This document shows positions 19,570-30,202 of a stretch of 64,000 nucleotides of DNA, piece after piece. Position 1 is the first letter of the stretch; the number at the start of each line of letters is the position of its first letter. The position numbers and the translations under genes were made by a program. The notes beneath the pieces are model-generated. The model was not told where the DNA came from and made no database searches. It saw nothing but the letters and a program-made list of their open reading frames with translations. This stretch comes from a bacterium. GTDB lineage: Bacteria; UBP14; UBA6098; 4484-93. The stretch is taken from positions 5,669 through 69,668 of the forward strand of contig JAGGUN010000035.1 of the NCBI GenBank assembly GCA_021158465.1, in the 5' to 3' direction.

Positions 19570-21267
19570 CTATGAGATTGTAGTGGCTATTACCTGTTCA
19601 GCGGTTACTATGCCCTTCTTTAACTTCTCTATTGCCTCTGCTCGAAGGGTTGCCATCCCTTCCTTGCAGGCTTGCTCCTGGAGCTCCAAGGCAGATGCTC
19701 CCTCTATTATCATATGCTCGAGGGTTCTTGTTATGGGCATTACCTCAAATACTCCGGTTCGCCCTTTATACCCTGTCCCTCCGCAGGTGTCGCAACCTCT
19801 TCCTTTATAGAATTTGATATCCTTTGCCTCTTCGTCTGTTAGTCCGAGGAGTTCGAGCTCCTCTGGGGAGATTTCTGTTTCCTCTTTGCAGTTGGGGCAG
19901 ATTGTCTTAAGGAGTCTCTGTGCTATAACGAGCTTGACGGATGATGCGACAAGGAACGGCTGGACCCCCATATCGACAAGTCTGATTATGGTTGATGGAG
20001 CATCATTTGTATGCAAGGTAGAGAAGACCAGGTGTCCTGTCAGTGCTGCCTTGATAGCGGTGTCTGCTGTCTCAAAGTCTCTTATCTCTCCGACCATTAT
20101 GATGTCCGGGTCTTGGCGCAGGAATGAGCGAAGCGCTGCAGCGAATGTGAGCCCTATCTCAGGATGCACCTGCACTTGGTTTATTCCTTCGATGTTGAAC
20201 TCGACAGGGTCCTCGGCGGTCATTATATTAACCATCGGGTTGTTAAGTGTAGATAAGGCTGAGTATAAGGTTGTGGTTTTACCTGATCCTGTGGGTCCTG
20301 TTACCAGTATCATTCCGTAAGGTAGGTGTATTGCCTGTCGGAACAGTTTGAGAGACCTCTCGGGGAATCCAAGTTTTGTCATATCGAGCATCAGCGTTTG
20401 TGGGTCTAGTATTCTCATAACGACCTTTTCCCCGAACATGCATGGTAGGACCGAGACACGGAGGTCGACTGGTCTACCACCTGCATTTATCTTGATTCTA
20501 CCGTCCTGTGGTCGGCGCCTCTCCGATATATCGAGCCTCGACATAATCTTGATACGGGATACCACGGCGTGGCGGAGCTTGCTCGGTATAGGGGTCATCT
20601 CGTGAAGGACACCATCCACGCGGTACCGGACCCGAACGGACTTCTCATAAGGCTCGATGTGTATATCGGATGCCTTCTGGCGTATCGCCTCTAATATTAT
20701 CCCGTCTACAAGGCGGACGAGCGGTTTCTCCTGAACAGCCTTTTCTATCTCCTGTTCTGTGAAATCTTCTGTTTCTTCCAGGACCTCTATCTCCTCGTAG
20801 TCTGCATTCATCTCTGAGATGATCTCATCGAGGGAGTGTTCCTCCTCGTAGTATTTATTTATCGCCTCCTGGATAGCGTTTTTCGATGAGACGAGCGGCT
20901 GGACATCAAGACCGGTAACAAACTTCAGCGTGTCGAGGACATAAACATTTGTCGGGTCACTGGTTGCAATGAAAAGGATCTTCCCTATCCTTAAGGTGGG
21001 TACCACGCCGAACTTCTTTGCTATTTCTGCAGGTATAAGAGAGATTATCTCCGAGTCCAGTTCCATATCCGAAAGCTTGACGGTGCCGATATTTAACTGC
21101 TTTGCCAGGAACTCCGAGATTACATTCTCGTCCTTGATAAATCCCAGCTCCAATAGTACCTGACCAAGTTTTTGCCCTGTCTCTTTCTGGCGTTCGAGGG
21201 CGATCTTCAACTCCTCCTCCGTTATCTTCCCCGCTTTCACGAGCATCTCGCCGATCTTTAGTGCCAT
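19570..21267 (-). CDS. pilB: Type IV pilus assembly ATPase
   Basis: N-terminal MshEN-like KIGEML...KLGQVL, ASDIHIEP, GPTGSGKTT, LRQDPD and a tetra-Cys zinc site. Confidence 0.96.
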   Translation of the reverse strand: MALKIGEMLVKAGKITEEELKIALERQKETGQKLGQVLLELGFIKDENVISEFLAKQLNIGTVKLSDMELDSEIISLIPAEIAKKFGVVPTLRIGKILFIATSDPTNVYVLDTLKFVTGLDVQPLVSSKNAIQEAINKYYEEEHSLDEIISEMNADYEEIEVLEETEDFTEQEIEKAVQEKPLVRLVDGIILEAIRQKASDIHIEPYEKSVRVRYRVDGVLHEMTPIPSKLRHAVVSRIKIMSRLDISERRRPQDGRIKINAGGRPVDLRVSVLPCMFGEKVVMRILDPQTLMLDMTKLGFPERSLKLFRQAIHLPYGMILVTGPTGSGKTTTLYSALSTLNNPMVNIMTAEDPVEFNIEGINQVQVHPEIGLTFAAALRSFLRQDPDIIMVGEIRDFETADTAIKAALTGHLVFSTLHTNDAPSTIIRLVDMGVQPFLVASSVKLVIAQRLLKTICPNCKEETEISPEELELLGLTDEEAKDIKFYKGRGCDTCGGTGYKGRTGVFEVMPITRTLEHMIIEGASALELQEQACKEGMATLRAEAIEKLKKGIVTAEQVIATTIS

Positions 21268-21349
21268 CGTACCCCCTTGACAAGGAATACACTCATACCT
21301 GCTTCACTATCTATATAAATATACAACATTCTCTTTCAAAATTCAAATA

Positions 21350-22987
21350 TTACCTACCGGTTATAGCGAATTCCACTTTGTGTGTTTTATCGGCAAATTT
21401 CAAGACTGCTGTATATACTCCTTTTGCCAGATTTCTACCGTCGAAGCTCATAGCAGAAGTTTTCTCTCTGTGGAACCCTGTATAGATGAGCTTCTCCTCG
21501 GCAGCCACGAGCTCGCCAGATGCTGTGAACACGGCGAGGCAGAGCTTTCCATCGTTTGGCACATAGTATGGGAAATAGACTACACCGTCCGTTGATGGGT
21601 TCGGGTAAGGTGCCCAGAAGACAGGTTTGTCTTTTGGAAGAGCGGTTTCTCCGCTGTATTCCCAATGGAATTCGTAGTTATAGACGCCCGAGGTATTGCG
21701 TGAAACGAACGGGATTACGATAAGCTTTTCATATTTATATAGAGAATCTATGAAGACCGTTTGGGGGAAAGAGCTTATTGTTTGGTAGAGGTTTTTGGCG
21801 TCCGTTCCCGGATTGGCGAGAAGGACGATGTTCATTCCCATACCTGGGGAGCAGTCTGTCTCAAGTGAGAGGTTCTTCCTATCTCGTCTCTGGTAGAACC
21901 AGAGGTATCTGGATGAGAGCTTGTATAGTCCTGATGAGGGAGAGAACAGTCCTGAGTCCTGGAATTCGTAATCGTTTATATCGTCTGTCGCTATCTCTGG
22001 ATATAGTTCTGCTTCTCTATAAAACTTCCCGTAGGCGCAGTTTTCTCCTGTGAACAGGTTCCAGAGGGTAAAGTTTGCAAATACCTGATCGAAACCGAAT
22101 CCTCTGTCGTTGCAGGCAGATTCGATTGCCTCGATGGAAGATACAAACGGTTCTGAGCAGTTCTCCCATACATTCCGAATGATGTTTATATCATCTGTGA
22201 ACTCCCATAAGAAGCGAGGGAATATCACCGAGCCGTACAACAGGGCGCTTGATGTCAGGACTTCACCTGGATTATCGAAGAATATCGGGAGATAGAGGAT
22301 ATAATCGTTGACAGCGTCGAATATATAGTCCTCCATAAGGACTGCCGTTGCCTCCATCCACCAGATGTCCTCCATAGCATCGTAGGTGAACTGCACAAGA
22401 TGGAACAGTTCGTGAGCACAGGTAACTGCCAGTGCATCGGTCTCATGGTCGGCGTACTCTGGGATATTTGCGTAGTCGTTGTCAATCACCGAGTATCCGG
22501 AGCGAAGCTGGATCTGCCCGACGGGATGTCTTTCATCGACCGTCCAGCCATAAGCGGTATTGTCGATATCGAGGATATAGAAGTCTATTCGATCGTCGCC
22601 GCCGACATCGGATGCATCAGGGAAGGTTGACGAATCAGGTAGTGGCCGGTTATAGCCAAGTGAACCAACATACATGGACAGTGAATACTCTAAGAGGTTT
22701 CCCGCTGTTTCGACCCAGTCAGGGACGCCGTTTGAGTTGGTGTCTGCTGTGGAGACAGCGGAATTACCCTCCGTCGTGTACCAGATCCTAAAGTTTGGGG
22801 TATCGTAGAAATACGGCAGTTCTGGTCTCTCCCTTTGCACATATTTCCCATCGCGAGTTGCCTGGAGGATGTAAGGCGTCAGGGATTTGACCGGGAGTTT
22901 CGTGCCTGCAGGGATGAGCTGGTCGATTGTTTCTCCTATCAGGGAACAGGCAGGAAGTAGAAGAAGGATAATCAATCTCTTTAGCAT
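21350..22987 (-). CDS. Secreted zinc metalloprotease (MXAN_6640-like) with a T9SS-type CTD
   Basis: Signal peptide, FRIWYT...NGVPDWV, GGDDRIDFYI, HELFH (HExxH) plus WWMEATA, and CTD PYPNP...AVFTASGE...LAKGVY...FAITGR. Confidence 0.8.
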   Translation of the reverse strand: MLKRLIILLLLPACSLIGETIDQLIPAGTKLPVKSLTPYILQATRDGKYVQRERPELPYFYDTPNFRIWYTTEGNSAVSTADTNSNGVPDWVETAGNLLEYSLSMYVGSLGYNRPLPDSSTFPDASDVGGDDRIDFYILDIDNTAYGWTVDERHPVGQIQLRSGYSVIDNDYANIPEYADHETDALAVTCAHELFHLVQFTYDAMEDIWWMEATAVLMEDYIFDAVNDYILYLPIFFDNPGEVLTSSALLYGSVIFPRFLWEFTDDINIIRNVWENCSEPFVSSIEAIESACNDRGFGFDQVFANFTLWNLFTGENCAYGKFYREAELYPEIATDDINDYEFQDSGLFSPSSGLYKLSSRYLWFYQRRDRKNLSLETDCSPGMGMNIVLLANPGTDAKNLYQTISSFPQTVFIDSLYKYEKLIVIPFVSRNTSGVYNYEFHWEYSGETALPKDKPVFWAPYPNPSTDGVVYFPYYVPNDGKLCLAVFTASGELVAAEEKLIYTGFHREKTSAMSFDGRNLAKGVYTAVLKFADKTHKVEFAITGR

Positions 22988-24864
22988 ATCTTGGTTCCTG
23001 CGGGAATATCTTTGTCCACCGTAAGAAGGGAAAAATTGTCGTCTTTATCGCTTGCTGCTAATAGCATCCCTTCTGAGAGGATACCTCGAATCCTTGCTGG
23101 CTTGAGGTTACAGACAACAACGATCTTTTTCCCGACCATCTCATTGGGAGTTCGATAGGTAGCGATCCCGGCGACTATTGTTCGTGTCTCGTTGCCCACA
23201 TCTATTGTGAGGCGGAGGAGCTTGTCGGTGCCGGGAACCCTCTCAGCGCTTTTCACCTCTGCAACCCTCATATCGATCTTTTTGAAAAGTTCGATGTCAA
23301 TGATTTCTTCTTCCATTTCCTTCTCCTTTGGGAAAAGGTTATTAATATCCACCCTTGGGAAGAGGATAAACGGTTTTTCGACTGATACCCTTTCTGGCAG
23401 GGACTCCATATCTTTCAGACTGTCCATCGTTACCTCAGTTTTTGCTCCTATTGCCTTGAGTATGCGCGTGCTCGAGCTGGGTATCACAGGGTACATTAGC
23501 TTTGCTATCTTCTCGATTGTTATGGCAATTGCCCAGAATATCTGTTTGAGCGTCTGTATGTCGCCGTTTTTTGCGAGCCTCCATGGGGTGGTCACTTCGA
23601 TGAACTGGTTCGCCGATGTGGCGAGTTCTATAACATCCGCTATGGCGAGATGGGGCTTGTTTTTTTCCATCTTTTCAAATACTGACTCGATTGTCGATGT
23701 CGCCTTATCGATAAGTGCTTTTGCGTTGGGGTGTGTTATTTCGACCTTCTCGAGTTCTCCGCCAAGGAATGAGTGTATCATATTCAGTACCCTGGAGAGG
23801 AGGTTTCCTATGTTGTTTGCGAGCTCGGAGTTCACGCAGGATACAACAGCTTCGAAGGAGAAATCTGCGTCCCGACCGACTGCCATCTTTCTTAAGAGAA
23901 AGTAGCGCAACGGGTCTTTGCCGAGTCTCTCCACGAGAAACTCCGGGTTCACAGCATTGCCAAGGGATTTCCCCATCTTGCTCTTATCAACGAGCCACCA
24001 GCCGTGTGCAAGTATGTGTCTGGGTAGTTCTATTCCCAGAGCGATGAGTAGTGTTGTCCAGTAGATGGAGTGTGTAGTCAGGATGTCTTTGCCGATTAGA
24101 TGATAATCGGCAGGCCACAATTTGGTGAACATTTCCTCGTCTGTAGAGAAACCGACAGCAGATATGTAATTTATCAGTGCATCCACCCAGACATAGACGA
24201 CATACTCTGGGTCGAACGGTAGTTCAATTCCCCAGGAGAGCCTTTTCTTCGGGCGGGAGATACAAAGGTCCCCGAGCGGCTTCTTCAGAAACCCGAGTAC
24301 TTCGTTTTTTCTATATGGTGGCAGAATGAAATCAGGGTGGGATTTGATATGGTCGATCAGCTGGTGCTGGTATTTGCTCATTCTGAAGAAATAGTTTGTC
24401 TCTTTTATCTTCACGACATCCCTTCCACACAGGGGGCATCTACCGTTGACAAGGTCCTTTTCCAGCCAGAAGCGTTCGTCGGGGACACAATACCACCCCT
24501 CGTATTCGCTTTTGTAAATATCCCCGTTATCGTAGAGTCTCTCCAGGGCGTTTTTTACTACCCTTGTGTGTCGTTCTTCTGTTGTCCTAATGAAATCGTC
24601 ATAGCTTATGTCGAGCTTCTTCCAGAGTGATTTGAACCGTTCAACAATTCTATTGCAGTGGACGATCGGCTCGACCCCCAAGCTCGCTGCAATATCTGCT
24701 ATCTTTTGCCCGTGCTCGTCTGTCCCCGTGAGGAAATGAGTGCTAAGACCGCGGATTCTGGCAAAACGGGCAATGCAATCGGCGAGGATGGTTGTATAAG
24801 CGTGCCCGATGTGCGGCTCAGCGTTCACATAGTATAGTGGTGTGGTAATGTAGAACTTACCCAT
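22981..24864 (-). CDS. metG: Methionine--tRNA ligase with C-terminal tRNA-binding domain
   Basis: YITTPLYY, HIGH, GTDEHG, YVWVDAL, IGKDI, KMGKS (KMSKS variant) and a Trbp111-like C-terminal domain. Confidence 0.97.
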   Translation of the reverse strand: MGKFYITTPLYYVNAEPHIGHAYTTILADCIARFARIRGLSTHFLTGTDEHGQKIADIAASLGVEPIVHCNRIVERFKSLWKKLDISYDDFIRTTEERHTRVVKNALERLYDNGDIYKSEYEGWYCVPDERFWLEKDLVNGRCPLCGRDVVKIKETNYFFRMSKYQHQLIDHIKSHPDFILPPYRKNEVLGFLKKPLGDLCISRPKKRLSWGIELPFDPEYVVYVWVDALINYISAVGFSTDEEMFTKLWPADYHLIGKDILTTHSIYWTTLLIALGIELPRHILAHGWWLVDKSKMGKSLGNAVNPEFLVERLGKDPLRYFLLRKMAVGRDADFSFEAVVSCVNSELANNIGNLLSRVLNMIHSFLGGELEKVEITHPNAKALIDKATSTIESVFEKMEKNKPHLAIADVIELATSANQFIEVTTPWRLAKNGDIQTLKQIFWAIAITIEKIAKLMYPVIPSSSTRILKAIGAKTEVTMDSLKDMESLPERVSVEKPFILFPRVDINNLFPKEKEMEEEIIDIELFKKIDMRVAEVKSAERVPGTDKLLRLTIDVGNETRTIVAGIATYRTPNEMVGKKIVVVCNLKPARIRGILSEGMLLAASDKDDNFSLLTVDKDIPAGTKIC

Positions 24865-24868
24865 CGAG

Positions 24869-25561
24869 TTATCCCTTCAGCTCAAAGGTCTCACCGGGGT
24901 TGAGTATAACCCCTTCAACCCCCTTCGGCAGATTCTCGACGAACTTCCTCGGGTCAGCCTTTATCAGGTCGAATGTATTGTAGTGCATAGGGATGGCGTA
25001 TTTTGGCTGGATGAGCTCTGCTGCCGTTGCTGCATCTATTTCATCCATTGTGAAGTTTCCGCCGATGGGTAGGAGCGCGACATCTACAGGGTGACGCCTG
25101 CCTACCAGCTTCATATCGGAGAATAGCCCTGTATCGCCGGCGTGATAGATATATTTCCCATCAATACCGATGAGAACACTTGTCGGCAGTCCGAGTGATA
25201 GAACCTGCTTGTTCTTGATAACTGCCGAGCCATGGAAGGCGGGGAAGAGTTTCACGAATAATCCGTCCGGGAAACTTACGCTTCCGCCTATATGCATCGG
25301 ATGGTTCTTCACTCCGTTAAATCCGAAGAAGTTGGCTAACTCATTGTTGGCGACGATCGTTGCGGAGCATCTTCTCGCTATACTCTCCGCATCGCCTGTA
25401 TGGTCGCTGTGGGCATGGGTTACTATTACATAATCGACAGAGAGCTCTTTGGCTGATAAGGGAGCCAGTGGGTTTCCTGTCAAAAACGGGTCGATGACTA
25501 TCTTGACCTTTTCACCCTCGATGAACCAGGCAGCATGCCCAAGAAACCTTAGTCTTACCAT
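24869..25561 (-). CDS. Metallo-beta-lactamase-fold hydrolase (UPF0173/UlaG-like)
   Basis: LGHA, IDPF, THAHSDH, YHAGDT, LPIGGNFTM and PMHYNTF. Confidence 0.9.
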   Translation of the reverse strand: MVRLRFLGHAAWFIEGEKVKIVIDPFLTGNPLAPLSAKELSVDYVIVTHAHSDHTGDAESIARRCSATIVANNELANFFGFNGVKNHPMHIGGSVSFPDGLFVKLFPAFHGSAVIKNKQVLSLGLPTSVLIGIDGKYIYHAGDTGLFSDMKLVGRRHPVDVALLPIGGNFTMDEIDAATAAELIQPKYAIPMHYNTFDLIKADPRKFVENLPKGVEGVILNPGETFELKG

Positions 25562-25570
25562 ATCTGCCTC

Positions 25571-27889
25571 CTATTTTAGGTAGATTACCTTCCCTGAAGC
25601 CTCACCTTCTCCAGAGAGACGGTAGAAATATACTCCAGATGCCAAATTTTCTTTCGGTTGCCAGGTAATATAGGTTTTGCCTGCTGGGATTATCCCGGAG
25701 AGCAGCTCTACCACGGGTTGACCGAGCATATTGTAGATGATGAGCCTTCCGTTGGTCGCCTTATCTGTCTCGATGGACAGGATAAGCTGCGAGTTGAACG
25801 GGTTCGGGAACGCAGATATAGAAAGTTCCTCTGGTATAATCCTCTTTTCATCGACACCCGGATGAACATCGAGGAAGTCCATTATCGAGCGGATGTAGCT
25901 TTCGCGTATCTGTGGATTTGTCGCCGAATGCATACCCCCTGTGTAGCAGGCGGAGAAGACGAGTTTTGCCCCATCGTGCTCGTAGGCAGATGCTCTACCC
26001 CTCGAGGAGATAGGCGATGGCTCCTCCTGACTTTGGAGTATTATCTCTGCTCCATCGCTTCTTATTTCGTCTATATACTGGTCTGCTGGTAGCATGAACT
26101 CATACTCTATTACAATATCCTCACCGAAGAACGAGCTTTCCCCATATAGCTCAAGGACGTTACCTTCCAACATGCTTCTGCCGTTGGCAGACCAGCTTAT
26201 CCCGAAGCGGGAGAAAAGGTTCCTTCGGATTGGTGTGCCGCCTCCGTAGGCGTAGTAGTCGTATCCGAAGTCTGCTCCTTCCCAGTATATCTTTCCACCG
26301 CTATCAATATAGTCTATGAGCAGCTGGATGTCCTCATCGGGGATAACGGAACTTTCTCCACCCTGTGTTCCTGTGACAACAATCACAGCGTCGTAGACAG
26401 ACAGATCGTATCCATAGGCGGTTAGAGATGCGTTTTGTGGTGTTATCTCGTATGAGTAGTCGAGGCTGGACAGAGCAAGGGCAATTGCTCGTTCTGCTCC
26501 TGTTCTACCGCTGTCGCAGGGGGTGTCACCATCATCGAAGTCGTATATTAGAACCTGGGCAGGGGTTGCTCGCTCGAGTGTGAAGTTTATCACCGTGTCA
26601 GTATATACCGTTATTGTTCTGGAGATAGGGATATAGAAGGTTTTTTCGGCTCTGATCTCATGTGAGCCCATTCCCACGCCGGAGATCGAGTAGAAGCCGT
26701 CCTCACCTGTTGTATCGGAGAGGGAAGAGTCGATTGAGACCACTACATTGCTTCTGTCGAGTGAGCCGTCCGAGAAGGTCACCACACCGGAGACGGTGTA
26801 TGAGCCGATTACACTCCTGCTAAGGTAAAAATTGACTGTGGTATCGTGGAGTGTTACCACTGTTGTTTCCGCCGGTATATAACCTGCTCTGAATGCGAAA
26901 AGCGACTGCTCGGGTGAAAACATAGCGACTGGCAGCTTGTAGAATCCATCGATGTCGGTAGTATCCGCAGTGAGGGCTGTAATATTCATAACCATACTGC
27001 CCTCAAGGGTTGTCTCGGGTGGAGCATCAATGAGATACACATAACCGGATATGGTGGGTGTTCCGGTCGTCTCTCCCTCTGCAACATAAAAGTGTATCGA
27101 ATCGGTGAAGCAGTTTGGGGGATAAGACAGGTCGCAGGCAGACACCACCACGCGGACGGGTCTATCGGTTGGATAAGGAAGAAGAGAGAAGGGAGTATAT
27201 GTTAGCCGGTAGCCGTGAGGAATAGGGACCTTCATTGTGAAGAAGGAAACATCGAGCGTATCTACCACAAGACTGATCGATGCAGAATCGACCCCCGTAG
27301 AATCATCGACTATGTCGATCGTTATGGTAGCTGTGTCGGAATCGACCGTATCGCCGTCCTCTGGGTCCCAGTAGGAGACATAAGGAGGAAAACTGTCCGA
27401 TGGCATCTCCACCTCGTGGATAAATTTTATCTGCGCCTCCTCGCTCAGCGAGAACTCTACAGAGGATACTGTGGATGTGGAAGCCCAACTGTCAGGCTCT
27501 TCGCCCATTGAACAGACACCGATATAAGCCTCACCGAACGGAGGAAATGCTCCCCAGCTCATTGTTACCGTTGCTGTTGTGGCATTGGCTACCCTTATCT
27601 TCCATACTTGAACGGTATCCAGAGCCGAGCGGATATCTGTCGAAAGCTCGGAAAGTAGACCTGTTGTGTCAAATTCATTGTAGGAATAGGCGTAGAATAT
27701 AGGCATAGGAAGTGCAGGCATATCGAAAGATAGGTCGAACCCGTTTGTGGCAGAGGGGTCGATGCCTATTGTCACATCGCTTGATGAGGCTCCACTGTAG
27801 AGATGAAGAACATTGGTAAAGCTCTGCCCAAATAGAGGAGTTACAAGAAAAGAGACGAAAAGCAGGATTATGATGGCTGTATACCTCAT
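25571..27889 (-). CDS. Secreted multidomain protein (Ig-like, two carboxypeptidase-regulatory-like domains, alpha/beta domain) with a T9SS type-A CTD
   Basis: Signal peptide, two ISG.V...DTT..DGFY repeats, and CTD AFPNPFN...IYNMLGQ...LASGVYFY...KVIYLK. Confidence 0.8.
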   Translation of the reverse strand: MRYTAIIILLFVSFLVTPLFGQSFTNVLHLYSGASSSDVTIGIDPSATNGFDLSFDMPALPMPIFYAYSYNEFDTTGLLSELSTDIRSALDTVQVWKIRVANATTATVTMSWGAFPPFGEAYIGVCSMGEEPDSWASTSTVSSVEFSLSEEAQIKFIHEVEMPSDSFPPYVSYWDPEDGDTVDSDTATITIDIVDDSTGVDSASISLVVDTLDVSFFTMKVPIPHGYRLTYTPFSLLPYPTDRPVRVVVSACDLSYPPNCFTDSIHFYVAEGETTGTPTISGYVYLIDAPPETTLEGSMVMNITALTADTTDIDGFYKLPVAMFSPEQSLFAFRAGYIPAETTVVTLHDTTVNFYLSRSVIGSYTVSGVVTFSDGSLDRSNVVVSIDSSLSDTTGEDGFYSISGVGMGSHEIRAEKTFYIPISRTITVYTDTVINFTLERATPAQVLIYDFDDGDTPCDSGRTGAERAIALALSSLDYSYEITPQNASLTAYGYDLSVYDAVIVVTGTQGGESSVIPDEDIQLLIDYIDSGGKIYWEGADFGYDYYAYGGGTPIRRNLFSRFGISWSANGRSMLEGNVLELYGESSFFGEDIVIEYEFMLPADQYIDEIRSDGAEIILQSQEEPSPISSRGRASAYEHDGAKLVFSACYTGGMHSATNPQIRESYIRSIMDFLDVHPGVDEKRIIPEELSISAFPNPFNSQLILSIETDKATNGRLIIYNMLGQPVVELLSGIIPAGKTYITWQPKENLASGVYFYRLSGEGEASGKVIYLK

Positions 27890-27923
27890 GATTCTCCCCT
27901 TAAACTATTCGGTTTAAGCTATA

Positions 27924-27951
27924 ATTATATTTATATACTGCGCAAAATCAA
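27924..27951 (-). promoter_or_regulatory. Sigma70-type promoter
   Basis: TTGATT-N16-TATAAT on the minus strand, upstream of ATG 27889. Confidence 0.65.
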
Positions 27952-27966
27952 GCAAAATTAGGAATT

Positions 27967-27992
27967 AAAAAAGGGGGAATCTTTTCCCCCTT
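27967..27992 (-). terminator. Intrinsic terminator after kbl
   Basis: 9-bp stem AAGGGGGAA/TTCCCCCTT with a 4-nt loop and a T-run on the minus strand. Confidence 0.75.
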
Positions 27993-28022
27993 CTCTTTTT
28001 GTTCTTGATGGTTTTTTCTGTT

Positions 28023-29225
28023 TTACACGACGCCGTATTTCTTCCCAACCTTGATGAACGCATTGATTGCTCTATCGAGCATCTCTTTTGTGTGAGCTGC
28101 TGATATTTGGACACGGATTCTTGATTCTCCCCTTGGGACAACGGGGTAGTAGAAGCCGACGACATATATTCCCTCGTCGAGCAGGTCGGCGGCCATATCC
28201 TGTGACAATTTGGCGTCGTTGGGGAACTTGCCGAGCATAATCGGGACGATCGGATGCTCGCCTGGAATGATGTCGAAGCCAGCCTCACTCATCTTATTTC
28301 GGAAGTATTTTGTGTTTTCCATCAGGCGGTCTCGGAGTTGTGTTGTTTCCGAGAGCTTGTTGAAGACTGCTATTGCTGTTCCAACGACGACAGGGGGTAG
28401 GGTATTGCTAAAGAGGTATGGTCGTGAGCGTTGGCGATAGATGTCGATTAACTCCTGGTGTCCTGCGATGAACCCGCCGGATGCTCCGCCGAGTGCTTTA
28501 CCGAGTGTACTTGTTATAAGGTCGACCTTATCAAGACAACCTCTGTATTCTGGGGAACCTCTTCCTGTTTTTCCGAGGAAGCCTGTTGCATGGGAATCGT
28601 CGACCATGACAAGCGCATCATACTTTTCCCCGAGTTCGCACATCTTGTCAACCTTTGCGATATCTCCATCCATTGAGAAGACACCGTCCGACACGATAAT
28701 CCTGAACCGTGCTGATTGTGCCTCCTTCAGCTTCTCCTCGAGATCATCCATATCCATATGCTTATAGATAAACCTCTTTGCCTTTGTGAGCCTTATTCCA
28801 TCGATAATCGAGGCGTGGTTCAGTCGATCGGTGAGGATTGCGTCTTCGGGACCGAATATCGGCTCGAAAACACCGCCGTTGGCATCCATACAGGCTGCAA
28901 ACAGGATTGCATCATCCTTGCCAAGGAAATCTGCAATCTTTCGTTCGAGCTCCTTGTGTATCTCCTGTGTTCCGCAGATGAACCGCACGGAGCTCATTCC
29001 GTAGCCATATTTTTCCAGGACCTTTTTTGCCTCGTCGACCAGCCACTGTTGTCCGGCAAGTCCCAGGTAGTTGTTTGCACAGAAGTTTAGGACCTTTCTA
29101 CCGTCTTTGAGCTCGACTTCTGGCCCCTGGCGGGAGACGATAACCCTCTCCTCCTTCCATAACCCTGCTTCCTTGATTGAGTTGAGCTCTTGCCTCATGA
29201 AATCTCGCATCTTTCCAAACGCCAT
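28023..29225 (-). CDS. kbl: Glycine C-acetyltransferase (2-amino-3-ketobutyrate CoA ligase)
   Basis: NFCANNYLGL, SSVRFICGT, LNHASIIDG, DGVFSMDG, DDSHATG and the PLP lysine in TLGKALGG. Confidence 0.96.
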   Translation of the reverse strand: MAFGKMRDFMRQELNSIKEAGLWKEERVIVSRQGPEVELKDGRKVLNFCANNYLGLAGQQWLVDEAKKVLEKYGYGMSSVRFICGTQEIHKELERKIADFLGKDDAILFAACMDANGGVFEPIFGPEDAILTDRLNHASIIDGIRLTKAKRFIYKHMDMDDLEEKLKEAQSARFRIIVSDGVFSMDGDIAKVDKMCELGEKYDALVMVDDSHATGFLGKTGRGSPEYRGCLDKVDLITSTLGKALGGASGGFIAGHQELIDIYRQRSRPYLFSNTLPPVVVGTAIAVFNKLSETTQLRDRLMENTKYFRNKMSEAGFDIIPGEHPIVPIMLGKFPNDAKLSQDMAADLLDEGIYVVGFYYPVVPRGESRIRVQISAAHTKEMLDRAINAFIKVGKKYGVV

Positions 29226-29242
29226 CTTGATACCCCCGTTTC

Positions 29243-30202
29243 TTAAAGCTTCCCTTCTTTATGTTTTTTTGTCAATTTTTCGAGCATATCTTTTGCCATA
29301 TTAGCCAAGTCGTAATCTGGTTGCCAGCCCCATTCTTCTCTTGCGGCGGAGTCATCGATTGTTTTGGGCCAGGAGTCAGCAATCTTCTGGCGGAAGTCCG
29401 GCTTGTATTCGCAGACAAACTCTGGTATGTGTTTCTTTATCTCTTCAGCCAGTTCACCTGCTGAGAAGCTCATTGCTGCGATGTTGAAGTTCGAATGGTG
29501 GACGAGACGGGATGCCTCAGCGTCCATTAGGTCGAGTGTTGCTTTTATCGCATCGGGCATATACATCATCGGCAAGACGGTCTCCTTGCTGACGAAGCAT
29601 GTGTATCTTTTGTGTTTTATAGCCTCGTAAAATATCTCGACGGCATAATCTGTTGTTCCTCCACCTGGCGGTGTTTCACTGCTTATGATGCCTGGGTACC
29701 TGAGTCCGCGGACATCGACACCATACTTGAGGAAATAGTAGTCACAGAGGAGTTCGCCTGTTACCTTTGTCACGCCGTACATCGTTGTTGGAGCGAGGAT
29801 GGTGTCTTGGGGTGTGTTGTCTCTTGGTGTTGTTGGTCCGAAGACGGCGATAGAGCTTGGATAAAACAGTCTTATCTTGTATTCCCTTGCCAACTCGAGA
29901 ACATTATACAAGCTGTCCATATTCACATGCCAGGCGAGTTGAGGGTTCTCTTCACCTGTGGCTGACAGAACCGCTGCCATGTGATAGATTGTGCCTATGT
30001 TGTATTTCTTTATTGCCCGTTCGATATCGTCCCTGTTTGTTGCATCGAAGGTGATATATGGTCCGGTCTCGACGAGAGCCTTGCCCGGGGCACGTCTATG
30101 CCCGACGGCAACAACATTATCACCACCAAACTTCTCCCGAAGAGCAAGAGTCAGTTCCGAACCTATTTGACCCGTTGAACCCACGACCAGAATTCGCTTC
30201 AT
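29243..30202 (-). CDS. SDR/GalE-like L-threonine 3-dehydrogenase
   Basis: GSTGQIG, LSATGE, SSIAVFG, YGVTK, PGGGTTDY, LPMMYMPD and RQKIADSWP; adjacent to kbl. Confidence 0.93.
   Translation of the reverse strand: MKRILVVGSTGQIGSELTLALREKFGGDNVVAVGHRRAPGKALVETGPYITFDATNRDDIERAIKKYNIGTIYHMAAVLSATGEENPQLAWHVNMDSLYNVLELAREYKIRLFYPSSIAVFGPTTPRDNTPQDTILAPTTMYGVTKVTGELLCDYYFLKYGVDVRGLRYPGIISSETPPGGGTTDYAVEIFYEAIKHKRYTCFVSKETVLPMMYMPDAIKATLDLMDAEASRLVHHSNFNIAAMSFSAGELAEEIKKHIPEFVCEYKPDFRQKIADSWPKTIDDSAAREEWGWQPDYDLANMAKDMLEKLTKKHKEGKL

Noticed and set aside
23960-23985. KMGKS instead of KMSKS in MetRS
   Set aside because: This is a known tolerated variant in class I synthetases, and the catalytic second Lys is retained.
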